Shown here: positions 35,214 through 45,304 of the stretch, piece after piece | Layout: each line of letters starts with the position of its first letter | How positions within the stretch are numbered: the stretch's first letter is position 1 | Source of the DNA: Candidatus Rifleibacteriota bacterium | GTDB lineage: Bacteria; Muiribacteriota; Ozemobacteria; Ozemobacterales; Ozemobacteraceae | Direction of reading: 5' to 3' | DNA length: 64,000 nt | NCBI GenBank assembly: GCA_028689875.1 | Contig: JAQVCG010000003.1 | Span: 3,662-67,661 of the forward strand | Program-made: the position numbers and the translations under genes | Notes under the pieces: generated by a model | The model's database searches: none | Seen by the model: only the letters and a program-made list of their open reading frames with translations | What the model was told of the DNA's origin: nothing

Positions 35214-35744
35214 ATGATACCCCAAATCACTGAGTTTGCCGCAATAGATTTTGAAACGGCAAACCAACACAGAACAAGCGTTTGTAGCGTTGGAATCGTA
35301 ATAGTTAAAGGGCTAGAAGTTGTCGACACATTTTATAGCCTGATTAAACCGCTGCCCGATTTTTACACTTCTTTTACCACAGCAATACACGGCTTAACCT
35401 CAAAAGATACAAAATACGCCCCATCTTTTCCTGCTGTATGGCAAAAAATTGCCCACAAACTAACAAACCTGCCGTTGATCGCACACAATAAATCATTCGA
35501 CGAAGGCTGTTTAAAATCTGTATTTAACGAATACAACATGACTTATGAAAACCCTAAATTTTACTGCACCTGCCAAACTTCTAAAAAATTATTCAAAGAT
35601 TTACCGAATCATCAGCTTCAAACGGTAGCACAATATTGCGGACACAGATTAGACCACCATCATAATGCACTTGAAGATGCCATGGCTTGTGCATCAATAG
35701 CCATTCACATAATTAAGAATTCATCTCATACCACACTCAAATAA
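35214..35744 (+). CDS. DEDDh 3'-5' exonuclease (DnaQ/epsilon-like domain)
   Basis: Exo I is AAIDFETAN, Exo II is AHNKSFDEGCL and Exo III is HHNALEDAMA. Confidence 0.82.
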   Translation: MIPQITEFAAIDFETANQHRTSVCSVGIVIVKGLEVVDTFYSLIKPLPDFYTSFTTAIHGLTSKDTKYAPSFPAVWQKIAHKLTNLPLIAHNKSFDEGCLKSVFNEYNMTYENPKFYCTCQTSKKLFKDLPNHQLQTVAQYCGHRLDHHHNALEDAMACASIAIHIIKNSSHTTLK

Positions 35745-35764
35745 CGCTTTTGCTGTTCTGACAT

Positions 35765-37057
35765 ATGCTTAAAATCTGGCTGATATTACGGACGTTTTCA
35801 CCCGCCATCAAAAGCCTTTTGATAGCCCAAAGTCTGTATGGCATCGGATTAGGCATGTTCACCGTTTTGCTTAATCTTTACTTACGCGAAATCGGGTTTT
35901 CAGAAGCAACCATAGGAAAAATACTTGCAGTACAATCTCTTTGTGCAGCTTTGTTTTCAATGCCTATGGGTTGGCTTGCAGATAAATCATCAAGAAAAGC
36001 TACTTACATTCTCGGCCTTTTACTCTCTGTTTCAGGCTACACAATCGTATCTTTTTCTAACACATTATCAATTATTACAATTGGCGCTGTTGTTTCAGGC
36101 TCCGGAAACGGTGCACTGCTCGTTTCTGTCGTGCCCTATCTGCAAGAAAACTGCTTTAACCGGCAAAGACCTTACATTTTTAGCTTAAACTCAGCACTAA
36201 CTTGGACAACCAGCATATTATCAGGCTTTATGGCAGGCTGGCTGCCCAAAATAATGAAACTGTCAAGCTCTTTACCCGGCTCAAACGACGAACAAAGGCT
36301 TAAATACTCACTCTGGATAGGGATATGCTTTATTCTTTTCTCTTTTATTCCTGCAATTAAAATGACAAAAAACGCCAATTTGAACAGAATAATAGACCTG
36401 AGCAAGTATCCGCAAAGCACAAAACAACCTATAAAAGATGCGGAAAATCCAATTAAACTAATGACAATGTTCGCTTTTGTCAATATGTTAATCGGATTCG
36501 GCGCGGGTATGATCGTGCCCTATTTCAATCTTTACTTTAAGGACTGGGTTGGTGCAAGCATTCTTCAAATCGGTACGGTTTTTGCGCTCGGACAATTTGG
36601 AACAGCAATAGGTTCGCTGATTTCACCATTCATTTCACTCAGATTCGGCTTAGTAAAAGGTGTAGTCTATTCACAGATTTTATCTTTGCCATTTATGATA
36701 TTAATGGCAATAACTCATAACTTCACACTTTGTGCACTGTGCTTTATTTTCAGAAATGCTTTTATGAACATGTGCACACCAATGTCTCAAGAAATACTTA
36801 TGAAAATAATCCCGCAAAAGCTCAGAGCAAGGGCATCGGCAACAAACAGCATGTCATGGAACCTTTCTTGGGCTTTTGCGATGTTCTTTTCCGGAAGTAT
36901 AATCAAAACATTGGGCTATGATTTTGCGCTTATCTTAGCTTCTGCTTGCTACCTGGCTGCTTCGATATTCTATAACAAATTTTTCGCACCCTTAGAGTAC
37001 AAAAAGGGTTATTTTGATCCGAATATTACTCTGCAAAATTTGAAACAACAGCTTTAA
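35765..37057 (+). CDS. MFS transporter
   Basis: About 12 TM helices are present, with the MFS loop motif GWLADKSSRK between TM2 and TM3. Confidence 0.75.
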   Translation: MLKIWLILRTFSPAIKSLLIAQSLYGIGLGMFTVLLNLYLREIGFSEATIGKILAVQSLCAALFSMPMGWLADKSSRKATYILGLLLSVSGYTIVSFSNTLSIITIGAVVSGSGNGALLVSVVPYLQENCFNRQRPYIFSLNSALTWTTSILSGFMAGWLPKIMKLSSSLPGSNDEQRLKYSLWIGICFILFSFIPAIKMTKNANLNRIIDLSKYPQSTKQPIKDAENPIKLMTMFAFVNMLIGFGAGMIVPYFNLYFKDWVGASILQIGTVFALGQFGTAIGSLISPFISLRFGLVKGVVYSQILSLPFMILMAITHNFTLCALCFIFRNAFMNMCTPMSQEILMKIIPQKLRARASATNSMSWNLSWAFAMFFSGSIIKTLGYDFALILASACYLAASIFYNKFFAPLEYKKGYFDPNITLQNLKQQL

Positions 37058-37916
37058 ACAGTTCTTCTAACGACAAAGCGCTCATTTCAATATTCTTAGG
37101 TTTATACTCTTTAAGCAGATTGTTTCTGATTTCATCTTCTGAAAGCCCTTTTACCACAAGCTCTACTTCTGAGCCTTTCAATCTTGATGACAAAACAGAT
37201 TTATCTCTTAAATTAAACCCGATATAGTTATCTAACACAGAGTTTACTCTTACTATGCTTCTATTTAATTCTTCCCGGTCACCGTCGACAGCAAAACGGC
37301 CTCGATCAAGAATAATCACGTGATCGCATATTCCTGCAATATCATGCAATTCATGAGACGAAAGAAGAATCGTTACACCTTTTTCTGCAAGAGATTCGAT
37401 AAGACTACACAAAATTTCATCGCGTGCTATGGCATCCACGCCCCCAACCGGCTCATCTAAAAGCAGGACCTCAGGTTGTGCACCAAGTGCAAACGCTAAC
37501 TGAAGCTTGCGACACATGCCTCTGCTGAATGTGGATATTTTTTTGTCCGCAGGCACATTAAGCTTTGCAACGTATTCTTCGAATAGATCTCTGTTCCAGC
37601 TCTTGTAAATGGGCCCGAAGACGTCTGCAACATTATCTTTGGTCATGTTTCGATATAGATGGCAGTTTTCGGTTACCATTATGCATTTTTGCCTAAGTTC
37701 TTCAAGATTTTTAAACGGGTTCAAGCCAAGCACTGAAATAAGCCCCGATTTTGGATTTAATTGTCCGCTTAATATTTTAAGCAATGTTGTTTTGCCGGCT
37801 CCGTTTCTTCCCAATAAAGCGGTTACGCTGCCTTTTTTTATAGAGGTTGTAAGCCCTGAAAACACTGGTTGGTTGTCATATTTCATAGTAAGGTTTGTAA
37901 TGCTTATTGCTTCCAT
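37026..37916 (-). CDS. ABC transporter ATP-binding protein
   Basis: Walker A is GRNGAGKTT, the signature-like motif is FSRGMCRKL and Walker B is LLLDEPVGGVD, followed by an H-loop SSHEL. Its 3' end overlaps the convergent MFS gene by 32 nt. Confidence 0.85.
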   Translation of the reverse strand: MEAISITNLTMKYDNQPVFSGLTTSIKKGSVTALLGRNGAGKTTLLKILSGQLNPKSGLISVLGLNPFKNLEELRQKCIMVTENCHLYRNMTKDNVADVFGPIYKSWNRDLFEEYVAKLNVPADKKISTFSRGMCRKLQLAFALGAQPEVLLLDEPVGGVDAIARDEILCSLIESLAEKGVTILLSSHELHDIAGICDHVIILDRGRFAVDGDREELNRSIVRVNSVLDNYIGFNLRDKSVLSSRLKGSEVELVVKGLSEDEIRNNLLKEYKPKNIEMSALSLEELFKAVVSNFAE

Positions 37917-38296
37917 TATTTTACCTCCTGCTTTTCTAATACGGTTTCAAAAATATTTTTTAGATGTGCACGCGATAAGCCCATAGTAACGCTATTTTTA
38001 ACAATTTCTTCTACTTTTCGTGTAATCTCAATTATTATCTGTTTAAGCACCTTATCTTCGTTTTGAGGAGTAACAAAGGCTCCTTGCCCACGCTTGAAGT
38101 ATATAAGATTATCGCTTTCTAATTCTTGAAAAGCCTTTGAAATAGTAGCCGGGTTAACCTTTAATTCCGCAGAAAGTTCTCGAATAGATGGGAATCTTGA
38201 ATCGGGTTCATACACTCCGGAGAATATTTCGCGCCTAAGTGCATCAACAATTTGACGGTAAATAGGGATTGGAGATCTGTCATTAATAATTATCAT
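37916..38296 (-). CDS. GntR-family transcriptional regulator, YtrA-like (short effector domain)
   Basis: PIYRQIVDALRREIFSGVYEPDSRFPSIRELSAELKVNPATISKAFQELESDNLIYFKRGQGAFV is a canonical GntR winged helix. The total length is only 126 aa. Its ends overlap both neighbouring genes. Confidence 0.85.
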   Translation of the reverse strand: MIIINDRSPIPIYRQIVDALRREIFSGVYEPDSRFPSIRELSAELKVNPATISKAFQELESDNLIYFKRGQGAFVTPQNEDKVLKQIIIEITRKVEEIVKNSVTMGLSRAHLKNIFETVLEKQEVK

Positions 38297-40308
38297 TTAA
38301 GCAGCCCTCCTTTTCTCAATGCAGTTGTAATTTGTGTATATTCAAGCTTGCATTTGGCTGTACCTGAAACAGCATCATACTCAAATATACCGCCGTTGTC
38401 GTTTTTATCATAGTTTTCAGCTAAGAAACCGTCATCGCCGACTGCGTAAAATTTTCCTTTAGTATACATGCCATTCAAGTTTTCGATCATTTTGACCTCA
38501 TCTGTTTGTAGGTTAATAAAGGAATAATTAATCATTCTTGTATTGGCTTCACCCGAATAAAATCGTCTGTAAACTACTGCTGAATTACCGGATTTGCTTA
38601 ATGCCACGCTTGCATAACACGGCTTGTCAAACACTAATAGATCTTTTGCCAAACCTGTTGCAGAATCTATTTTTATGATTTTATTTATTTCGTATTCATA
38701 CCCCGTATCTTCATCCGAAACTAGGGCAATAATTGCACCTTGTGCACTAACGCCTATCGGCATTACGTTTTTCCCATAGTCACCAAGCTGCATAATTGTG
38801 CCGTCAAATTTTGCAATTACAAGCTTTTGTTGGCGATTTCCCGTATTTTTGTCCCAGCGCCCTTCATCAAAAAGAATAAAATCTGCACCACAAAGCTCCA
38901 TTTTAGCAAAAGGCTTAATATCTAAGACTTTCCGCGTTCGGTCTTTTGCAGAGATCAAAATAGTTTTGCCCATAAACCGATCAGAAACGCCTACAGCATA
39001 CACATCAGGAGATTCATTCTTTTTATAGGAATTTGCTATAGCGAAGCTTGCAAAACCAAAGTCGCCGTCAGAGCTATAGAAAGTTTTTAAACCATTTTCT
39101 GAATCATACAAATATAAATGAGTGTTCGTTCCGGTAGTGGTTTTTATCTCTTCAACATAAGCGAACTGATTTTCACTGACAAAGCTGAAATCGTCACTGA
39201 AAATGAATAATTCGTCGGGCAGAGTCAGTAACTTTTTACCGGAATTATCAATGATTGCAAGATTTAACCCTCTGTAAAAGCCAAAACGATTTATGCCTGA
39301 AAAAATTCTTGCAAAATTGCCACCATTATCGCTTTTTGAAGGAGCTAATAAACTGAAACGGTCACCGAGCACTTTTACTCCGTTTGTTTCCAAGTCGTGC
39401 ATAACTAAATGACTGTTATTGCTTGGTTTATAAAAGATTTTGCGCAGGCTAGACAAAGATAAATCTTGTTTAGTTGTTTCAGTATAATTTGTTTTTCTTT
39501 GAATGACATCCCAAGAATTTACTTCGCTTTCAAGCTCCCACAAAATTTTCTTACCGTCTTCTAATGGAACCCAGGAATAATCTCCTTTAATATTTACCGC
39601 AATATTGCTATCTGCCGCATAATCAACCATTCCCCACACAAAACACGCAAACACAATTCCCAAAAAAAGAACAACTAATGATTTAACACCTCTTAGCGAC
39701 GAATTCATGGCAATATCAGTCTTGAATACGATAAATGAAGAGGTTAACAAAACCAAAGTTAACAGAACCGTTGCAAAACCGTAGTTTATAGAAACCAAAG
39801 TTAAGTCATTGCTGAATATACCCCATAAAACAGGTATTAAAACCACAAGTACAGCCATGGTAAAACCTTGAGGCATCATAGTTGTAAAAAAGCCAAGAGA
39901 CAAAATCACAACCGGAATCCCAACGGCAACACCCAAATTTTGCCAAACAAAGCTAAGTAAATCTGATAACTCTACCCCTGTAATCAGTGCTAATAATATA
40001 TAAACAGCATATAGCACCGTGCAATAAATAAGCGTAAATAAAAACTTCGAAACCCACAACTTAAACGGTGAAATGGGCAGAGAAGAAATAAATTGCCAGG
40101 TGTTAGCATTAACCTCACTGCTGATTTGGTGGTTTGCTGTAAGAAATACAAACAATGGCCCTTCAAGCACGAACAGAATGAGCAAGGCAATACCGGAATC
40201 AAGATTTTTGAAGTAAGCCGCTGTAAGAAGAGAAATGACAGCAACACACACGAGTATCAACAGATACATCCTTTGTTCGAGAAAGTCCTTGGTCAGAATT
40301 GTTCTCAT
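38293..40308 (-). CDS. membrane protein: N-terminal multi-TM (ABC-2 permease-like) domain fused to a large extracytoplasmic beta-rich (propeller-like) domain
   Basis: About 6 TM helices occupy the first roughly 230 aa. The remaining roughly 440 aa are beta-strand-rich with repeated G-x-F/Y...D motifs. The gene is coupled by an ATGA overlap to the GntR gene. Confidence 0.6.
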   Translation of the reverse strand: MRTILTKDFLEQRMYLLILVCVAVISLLTAAYFKNLDSGIALLILFVLEGPLFVFLTANHQISSEVNANTWQFISSLPISPFKLWVSKFLFTLIYCTVLYAVYILLALITGVELSDLLSFVWQNLGVAVGIPVVILSLGFFTTMMPQGFTMAVLVVLIPVLWGIFSNDLTLVSINYGFATVLLTLVLLTSSFIVFKTDIAMNSSLRGVKSLVVLFLGIVFACFVWGMVDYAADSNIAVNIKGDYSWVPLEDGKKILWELESEVNSWDVIQRKTNYTETTKQDLSLSSLRKIFYKPSNNSHLVMHDLETNGVKVLGDRFSLLAPSKSDNGGNFARIFSGINRFGFYRGLNLAIIDNSGKKLLTLPDELFIFSDDFSFVSENQFAYVEEIKTTTGTNTHLYLYDSENGLKTFYSSDGDFGFASFAIANSYKKNESPDVYAVGVSDRFMGKTILISAKDRTRKVLDIKPFAKMELCGADFILFDEGRWDKNTGNRQQKLVIAKFDGTIMQLGDYGKNVMPIGVSAQGAIIALVSDEDTGYEYEINKIIKIDSATGLAKDLLVFDKPCYASVALSKSGNSAVVYRRFYSGEANTRMINYSFINLQTDEVKMIENLNGMYTKGKFYAVGDDGFLAENYDKNDNGGIFEYDAVSGTAKCKLEYTQITTALRKGGLLK

Positions 40309-40403
40309 AAAAATCTCCTTTACAAGTGTTTTAATGTTTTAGTGTCCTGCTCTACTAATACACTAACACAAAAAACACTTTATCGTCAAGCTATTTAAAA
40401 TTT

Positions 40404-42824
40404 TTATTTTTTAGCTTTTTTGTTTTCTTCGAACCTGAGTCTCTCAGCCTTTCTTATGCGTATCAAAATGTCTTGTTCAATAAAGCCGATCTTCTTTCCG
40501 AAATCTTTCAGCATCTCTAATTCTTTATCACAAACTTTACCGTCGGCAAGTGCCATTTTCACGGCTGCATCGAATAACTCAGATATTTCCTTAGTGTTTT
40601 TACCTTCAAAATCAACCTTTAACTCACCGCTTTTAACTGCTTCAATAACGCCTAACACTTTTGCTTCGTTCATTTCGTATGCTGCGCCTATTTTATATAG
40701 CAACGCTACTTCGTTTTCATCAATTACTCCATCTGCCAATAGCATTGTTGCCGAAATAGTCACCAAATCTCTGCCGGAACATATTTCTCGTTCTTCTTTT
40801 AGCTTTCTTTCGTTAGATTTTTCAAGTGACGAAAGTTTTTTAACCAATTCTCTTTTTTTATTCAAGAGTTCGAGGTATTCTCTGCTATCTTCTTTGATCA
40901 TCTTTTCAAGTATCCAATCAGAGCCATCGTTTAGGATAGTATTACAATAGCCGCATTTAACGTCGTAATCCGATGTTAATGGAGCACCGCAATTGTAACA
41001 ATGCGCGCTTAGTAAAGTATTATCTCGTTTTGTAACTTGACTAATTTTTCTTGTTAAAACGATAACATCTCTGTAGGGTTTTACAATTCTATGCACCGAA
41101 AAAACACGCCCGTTTTCATCGAAGCGCACGGGAATTCCGCTCCACACAACAAGTAAATATATACTCGCGCAATGGTTTCTAAAATCAATTGCTTTCAATG
41201 AAACTGATGCTAGAGAGATGCTTTCGTTAAATGAAAATCTTTTATCTGAAGCTAAATAAATTCGTGAGAGAAACTCATAACACTCTTTGCTCGCAAACCT
41301 TAAAAGAGGTTCGGAGTTTCTGGTTTGTTCGATTCTTTTTAGTATCCAAAATATGACTGCACCTTTATCTTCAATTTGCTGAATACAAAGATTTTTATCA
41401 TGTTCTTCTAATTGCTGCCAATTCGGCACCAAAAGGGGGTTTGAGTATTCCCATTCACAAGATTGGGTAATTTTAGACAAAACCCAGTCATAATTTCCTG
41501 ATCTTATGTATGAACCACAAACCGAACAAACCGTTGCTTGCCCGATTACTATCGGGTTACCGCAATTTGGACAGCTGCACTCAAGTAATCCCGGCTTTGT
41601 TAGGGTTTTTGCTGAAGGACGTCGAATAAATGTCCAAAATTCAGAGGCAACACTTGAAGACTCAGTATCAGAGCTTAGCGGAACATTTGTTAGTATATCA
41701 ACGGCAGTTTCGACTATATCAGCTACAACATAAACGTGCATTTCTTCAAAATCTTCGCTGATAGTTAATCTTGCAATTTTTTTGGTCATAAGAACTACTT
41801 TTTTGCAATTAAACTTTATTCCGGCTGCCTTTTGTTCATCTACGCGGCGTTTAAATTGCTCGTAAAGGGAATCAGAAACCATGTGTTGAATTTTTTCGAT
41901 ATTTTGGTCTGCACAAGCTCTAATGACATTATGATAAGTCTTTTCAAATCGGGTTAAAAAAGCTTTTACCGAAAAATTCAGGTCTCTGTCTTGCACTTTT
42001 GTGATTGTAAAATTTAGTTCTGTCGGAGTCTGAATTGAAATTAACGACTTTTGGGGGCTTGCAAAAGCCGGCACAGGGGCATCTTCCAGAGAATTATCTT
42101 CACCTACCAGCGGAATCTTACCCCAACTTTTAAGCAACTCATCTAATTCAGGTTCAACTATTTCCCACCAGTCAAATTTCGTTTTAAAAATGCTGCCTTT
42201 TATCTGACCTTTTTGCGTACTGCTTAGCTTGGTATAAACTCTTTGCGCATTAGCCGAATATCTGCTTTTAAGCGAATTATTCGCCCTTATAGCTATTAAA
42301 TGCATAGTTGGAAGTAACAATACATACATCGCGATCATTTTTGTGGCTAAATAGCTTATAAAAGCCAAAACAATAGCAATCAACACAAATACAGGGGTTC
42401 CAATTTTTTTCTGATGCCACATCAAAACCGGTATAAAATAAATTAACAAAGCTAATAAAGCCTTAATCGGGCTTATAAAAAACATAAAAATCGAGAAAAA
42501 AACAGAAGCACTATAAGCAAAATACACGAGAACAGAAGGCGGTATAATACCGTTTCTTCCACCAATGCCATCTGTGAATCTCAGGATCAATAAAAATATC
42601 ATCGTACACAAAACCAAAAATGCCTCATCAGGCGACTCTGTAAAACCCTGTGAAATTCTGTTCAAAGCTTCCGGAGACTTTTCTTTTAGAAAACTTGCCC
42701 AAAGAGGTGCAATAAACCCATGCGCAAATTTTTCCCAATTCAGCGCCAGTCCTATAGCCGACGACAACAACAATCCAAACACAATACAAAATGTCTGTTT
42801 TTTCCCTGAGCTTTCATTCGCCAT
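40404..42824 (-). CDS. large membrane protein: multi-TM N-terminus, two Tim44-like + zinc-ribbon modules, two C-terminal TerB-like repeats
   Basis: About 6 N-terminal TM helices are present. There are two modules ending EFWTFIRR...CPNCGNPI...CSVCGSYIRSGNYDWVLSKI and ...CYNCGAPL...CGYCNTILNDGSDWILEKM. The C-terminal LLADGVIDENEVALL and ALADGKVCDKELEML are TerB/DjlA-N-type repeats. Confidence 0.6.
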   Translation of the reverse strand: MANESSGKKQTFCIVFGLLLSSAIGLALNWEKFAHGFIAPLWASFLKEKSPEALNRISQGFTESPDEAFLVLCTMIFLLILRFTDGIGGRNGIIPPSVLVYFAYSASVFFSIFMFFISPIKALLALLIYFIPVLMWHQKKIGTPVFVLIAIVLAFISYLATKMIAMYVLLLPTMHLIAIRANNSLKSRYSANAQRVYTKLSSTQKGQIKGSIFKTKFDWWEIVEPELDELLKSWGKIPLVGEDNSLEDAPVPAFASPQKSLISIQTPTELNFTITKVQDRDLNFSVKAFLTRFEKTYHNVIRACADQNIEKIQHMVSDSLYEQFKRRVDEQKAAGIKFNCKKVVLMTKKIARLTISEDFEEMHVYVVADIVETAVDILTNVPLSSDTESSSVASEFWTFIRRPSAKTLTKPGLLECSCPNCGNPIVIGQATVCSVCGSYIRSGNYDWVLSKITQSCEWEYSNPLLVPNWQQLEEHDKNLCIQQIEDKGAVIFWILKRIEQTRNSEPLLRFASKECYEFLSRIYLASDKRFSFNESISLASVSLKAIDFRNHCASIYLLVVWSGIPVRFDENGRVFSVHRIVKPYRDVIVLTRKISQVTKRDNTLLSAHCYNCGAPLTSDYDVKCGYCNTILNDGSDWILEKMIKEDSREYLELLNKKRELVKKLSSLEKSNERKLKEEREICSGRDLVTISATMLLADGVIDENEVALLYKIGAAYEMNEAKVLGVIEAVKSGELKVDFEGKNTKEISELFDAAVKMALADGKVCDKELEMLKDFGKKIGFIEQDILIRIRKAERLRFEENKKAKK

Positions 42825-42889
42825 GAATCACACCTCCACAAACTACCACTCTAACACACATAAAAACCCAAGAGCAATTTAATATATAC

Positions 42890-42922
42890 AAAAAAAGAAC
42901 ACCCTCGACAGAAGGGTGTTCT
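42890..42922 (-). terminator. rho-independent terminator downstream of tRNA-Ala
   Basis: On the minus strand a perfect 10-bp stem AGAACACCCT/AGGGTGTTCT (42896-42922) with a 7-nt loop is followed by a T6 tract (42890-42895). Confidence 0.75.
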
Positions 42923-42946
42923 ACAAAAGATTTATTGTTTAACGAG

Positions 42947-43019
42947 TGGAGCTGATCGGGATCGAACCGACGGCCTCGACAATGCGAATGTCGCGCTCTC
43001 CCAACTGAGCTACAGCCCC
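42947..43019 (-). tRNA. tRNA-Ala (anticodon CGC)
   Basis: The reverse complement is GGGGCTGTAGCTCAGTTGGGAGAGCGCGACATTCGCATTGTCGAGGCCGTCGGTTCGATCCCGATCAGCTCCA. It folds as a cloverleaf with the G3:U70 alanine identity pair, anticodon loop TTCGCAT and T-loop GGTTCGATCC. The 3' CCA is not encoded. Confidence 0.92.
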
Positions 43020-43077
43020 ATTATGAGGTGATAGTAACTCTGAATCAGAAAAAAATCAACAAAAATTGTGAGACTAT

Positions 43078-43998
43078 TTAACTTAAAACAAACTGCTCGC
43101 CAGGCATATATATGCTTGTTTGAGTGCCTAAGTTTTCAATCAATTTTATGGCGTGGTCATAGCTTGCCCCAAAACCCTTATAGATGTGGTCAAACTCACC
43201 GTAATGCTCTAAAACAATTCTTTTGGGCTTAAACATGTTTGTCATCAGTTTTATGGCGTCAAAAGTATTGCCAACTTGATCAGGACTTTGATCTTCGTAT
43301 TTAGAATTCGGATTCCGCCAGGTGATAAAGACTGTATCAGCGGCTTCTGAATAATCTCGTGTAACCTTAGTATAATCAGCGTCTCCGAAAAACACAAAAT
43401 TAGAGCCATTTGTAGAAACTACCCTAAAATAGCACAAATTTACATCTGATATATCATCTCGCCACACATGACACGCCTTACAAGAACTAATAGTAAAAGA
43501 ATCGAAATTTATAATTGAATTGTTGCCTAACGGAAAAACCCCGGCAAAATCTGAGGCAGATTTTTCATGCATATAAACGGGTATGGAACGTTCACAACAA
43601 GCTTTAATAAGTAAAGGGTCGCAATGATCTCTGTGGTCATGGGTAATAAAAAGAGAATCAATATTTGAAGCAATTAGCTCAGTAAAACCTTTTTCATCAG
43701 GCCAACCGTAATACCTTGGCACAGGTAAAATGTCAAAACCTATAATTTTGTTGCCAAACTTTACGAAAACACCGGAATTATACCACTGTAAAACTAAGAA
43801 TTTATCGTTTGGTGCGGGTGTTTCAAGGAACTTCAAAAAGCCCGAATACATATTTTTCTCATACAATTTCCAAATTTCATTGGGCCATTTGATAAAATCG
43901 TTTTCATTTCCACTTCGCGAAGTGTTTTCAATAAACTCGCCGAATTTTAACAAATCGCTAAAATATGATTTTGACTCAGAGCTTGGAAATGTAACCAT
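43078..43998 (-). CDS. metallo-beta-lactamase-fold hydrolase
   Basis: It has the HxHxDH motif ITHDHRDHCD. I prefer the ATG at 43998 (AGGAG 9 nt upstream). The ORF-track start at 44118 would overlap the 3' end of oadB. Confidence 0.65.
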   Translation of the reverse strand: MVTFPSSESKSYFSDLLKFGEFIENTSRSGNENDFIKWPNEIWKLYEKNMYSGFLKFLETPAPNDKFLVLQWYNSGVFVKFGNKIIGFDILPVPRYYGWPDEKGFTELIASNIDSLFITHDHRDHCDPLLIKACCERSIPVYMHEKSASDFAGVFPLGNNSIINFDSFTISSCKACHVWRDDISDVNLCYFRVVSTNGSNFVFFGDADYTKVTRDYSEAADTVFITWRNPNSKYEDQSPDQVGNTFDAIKLMTNMFKPKRIVLEHYGEFDHIYKGFGASYDHAIKLIENLGTQTSIYMPGEQFVLS

Positions 43999-44080
43999 AA
44001 TAATAAACTCCTGTAAATCAATAAAAAAGCTCCGCTCAAGATTTGAACGAAGCTTTAGTGGATAATCAAAATAGATGTAA

Positions 44081-45286
44081 TCAACCGCCCAGGATAGAAA
44101 GAAGAACCCCTGCAGCAACTGCTGAACCGATTACACCTGAAACGTTAGGCCCCATAGCGTGCATAAGTAAAAAGTTTTGGTTGTTGTATTCTAAACCAAC
44201 CTTATTAGCAACTCTCGCGGCCATAGGAACAGCTGAAACACCGGCAGAACCAATAAGAGGATTAATCTTCTCTTTAGAGAAGAAATTCATAATTTTTGCC
44301 ATTATAAGACCCGTAGCTGAACCTACACAGAAAGCTAGCAATCCAAGAACGACGATTCCAAGTGTTTTTGGGGTCAAAAATTGAGCTGCAGACAACTTTG
44401 AACCGACCGAAAGCCCAAGCAAAATGGTCACAATATTAACAAGCTCATTTTGAAGAGTTTTAGAAAGTCGTTCGGTTACACCGCTTTCTTTTATAAGGTT
44501 ACCAAACATCAGAGCACCAATAAGTGGAGTGGCATCAGGTAACAAAACTGCGCAAAGCAATAAAACCGAAATAGGGAATATGATTTTTTCGCGTTTGCTT
44601 ACAATACGCAGTTGCTGCATCTGAATTTTTCTTTCATCTTCAGTTGTAAGCGCACGCATAATCGGAGGCTGAATAATTGGAACCAATGCCATGTAAGAAT
44701 ATGCAGCCACGGCAATTGCTCCAAGCAAAGCAGGCGATAATCTAGATGCCAAGAAAATTGCGGTAGGACCATCGGCACCTCCTATGATAGCAATAGCACC
44801 GGCATCCTTAAGAGTAAAACCGAGGTTTGCAACATCAGACAGAACTACAGCTCCAAGCAAAGTTCCAAAAATACCAAACTGAGCAGCAGCACCCAATAAT
44901 GCAGTTTTAGGATTTGCAATTAAAGGACCGAAGTCTGTCATGGCACCAACACCCATAAAAATGAGTATGGGGAACAAACCAGATTCAATACCGAATCCGT
45001 AGATTATACCTAAAAAGCCATCTGGACCGGCAATATTTGCAACGGGAATGTTTGACAAAATACCACCAAAACCAATAGGCAAAAGTAATAAAGGCTCAAA
45101 TTCTTTGCTAATTGCTAAATAAAGCAATACTAATCCGACCATTATCATAATCACTTGGCCAATTTCAAAATTATACATCCCAGTGGACTGCCATAATTTG
45201 ACCATAGACTCTGATAAGTTCATTGTCTCAGTGGCTACTGTGGGGACAGCTGCAACAGCTCCCGCCGCCACGACAGGAATACTCAT
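44081..45286 (-). CDS. oadB: Na+-translocating oxaloacetate decarboxylase, beta subunit
   Basis: This 401-aa polytopic protein is typical of the sodium-ion-translocating decarboxylase beta family ([17 protein letters not shown]-like [25 protein letters not shown]). It lies directly downstream of oadA. Confidence 0.85.
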   Translation of the reverse strand: MSIPVVAAGAVAAVPTVATETMNLSESMVKLWQSTGMYNFEIGQVIMIMVGLVLLYLAISKEFEPLLLLPIGFGGILSNIPVANIAGPDGFLGIIYGFGIESGLFPILIFMGVGAMTDFGPLIANPKTALLGAAAQFGIFGTLLGAVVLSDVANLGFTLKDAGAIAIIGGADGPTAIFLASRLSPALLGAIAVAAYSYMALVPIIQPPIMRALTTEDERKIQMQQLRIVSKREKIIFPISVLLLCAVLLPDATPLIGALMFGNLIKESGVTERLSKTLQNELVNIVTILLGLSVGSKLSAAQFLTPKTLGIVVLGLLAFCVGSATGLIMAKIMNFFSKEKINPLIGSAGVSAVPMAARVANKVGLEYNNQNFLLMHAMGPNVSGVIGSAVAAGVLLSILGG

Positions 45287-45304
45287 ATTTTTCTCCTAAC
45301 GTTA

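Noticed and set aside
37026-37057. Convergent genes that overlap or abut without terminators: MFS/ABC ATPase (32-nt overlap), AzlD-like/150-aa ORF at 287/291, mini-PilC-like/MBL at 6205/6209, and HEAT-TPR/MA-like at 21291/21302.
   Set aside because: This appears to be a general property of a very compact genome rather than a specific regulatory device. Only the pseudopilin/Maf junction is reported as a finding, because of its functional context.
42890-43077. tRNA-Ala as an integration hotspot marking a genomic island.
   Set aside because: No integrase, direct repeat of the tRNA 3' end, phage gene or obvious compositional shift flanks the tRNA. The neighbouring genes (the oad operon, a membrane protein) look chromosomal.
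43999-44118. A 40-aa N-terminal extension of the MBL-fold hydrolase that overlaps the 3' end of oadB.
   Set aside because: The extension is hydrophobic and low-complexity, and it overlaps oadB by 38 nt. The internal ATG at 43998 has an AGGAG at good spacing.
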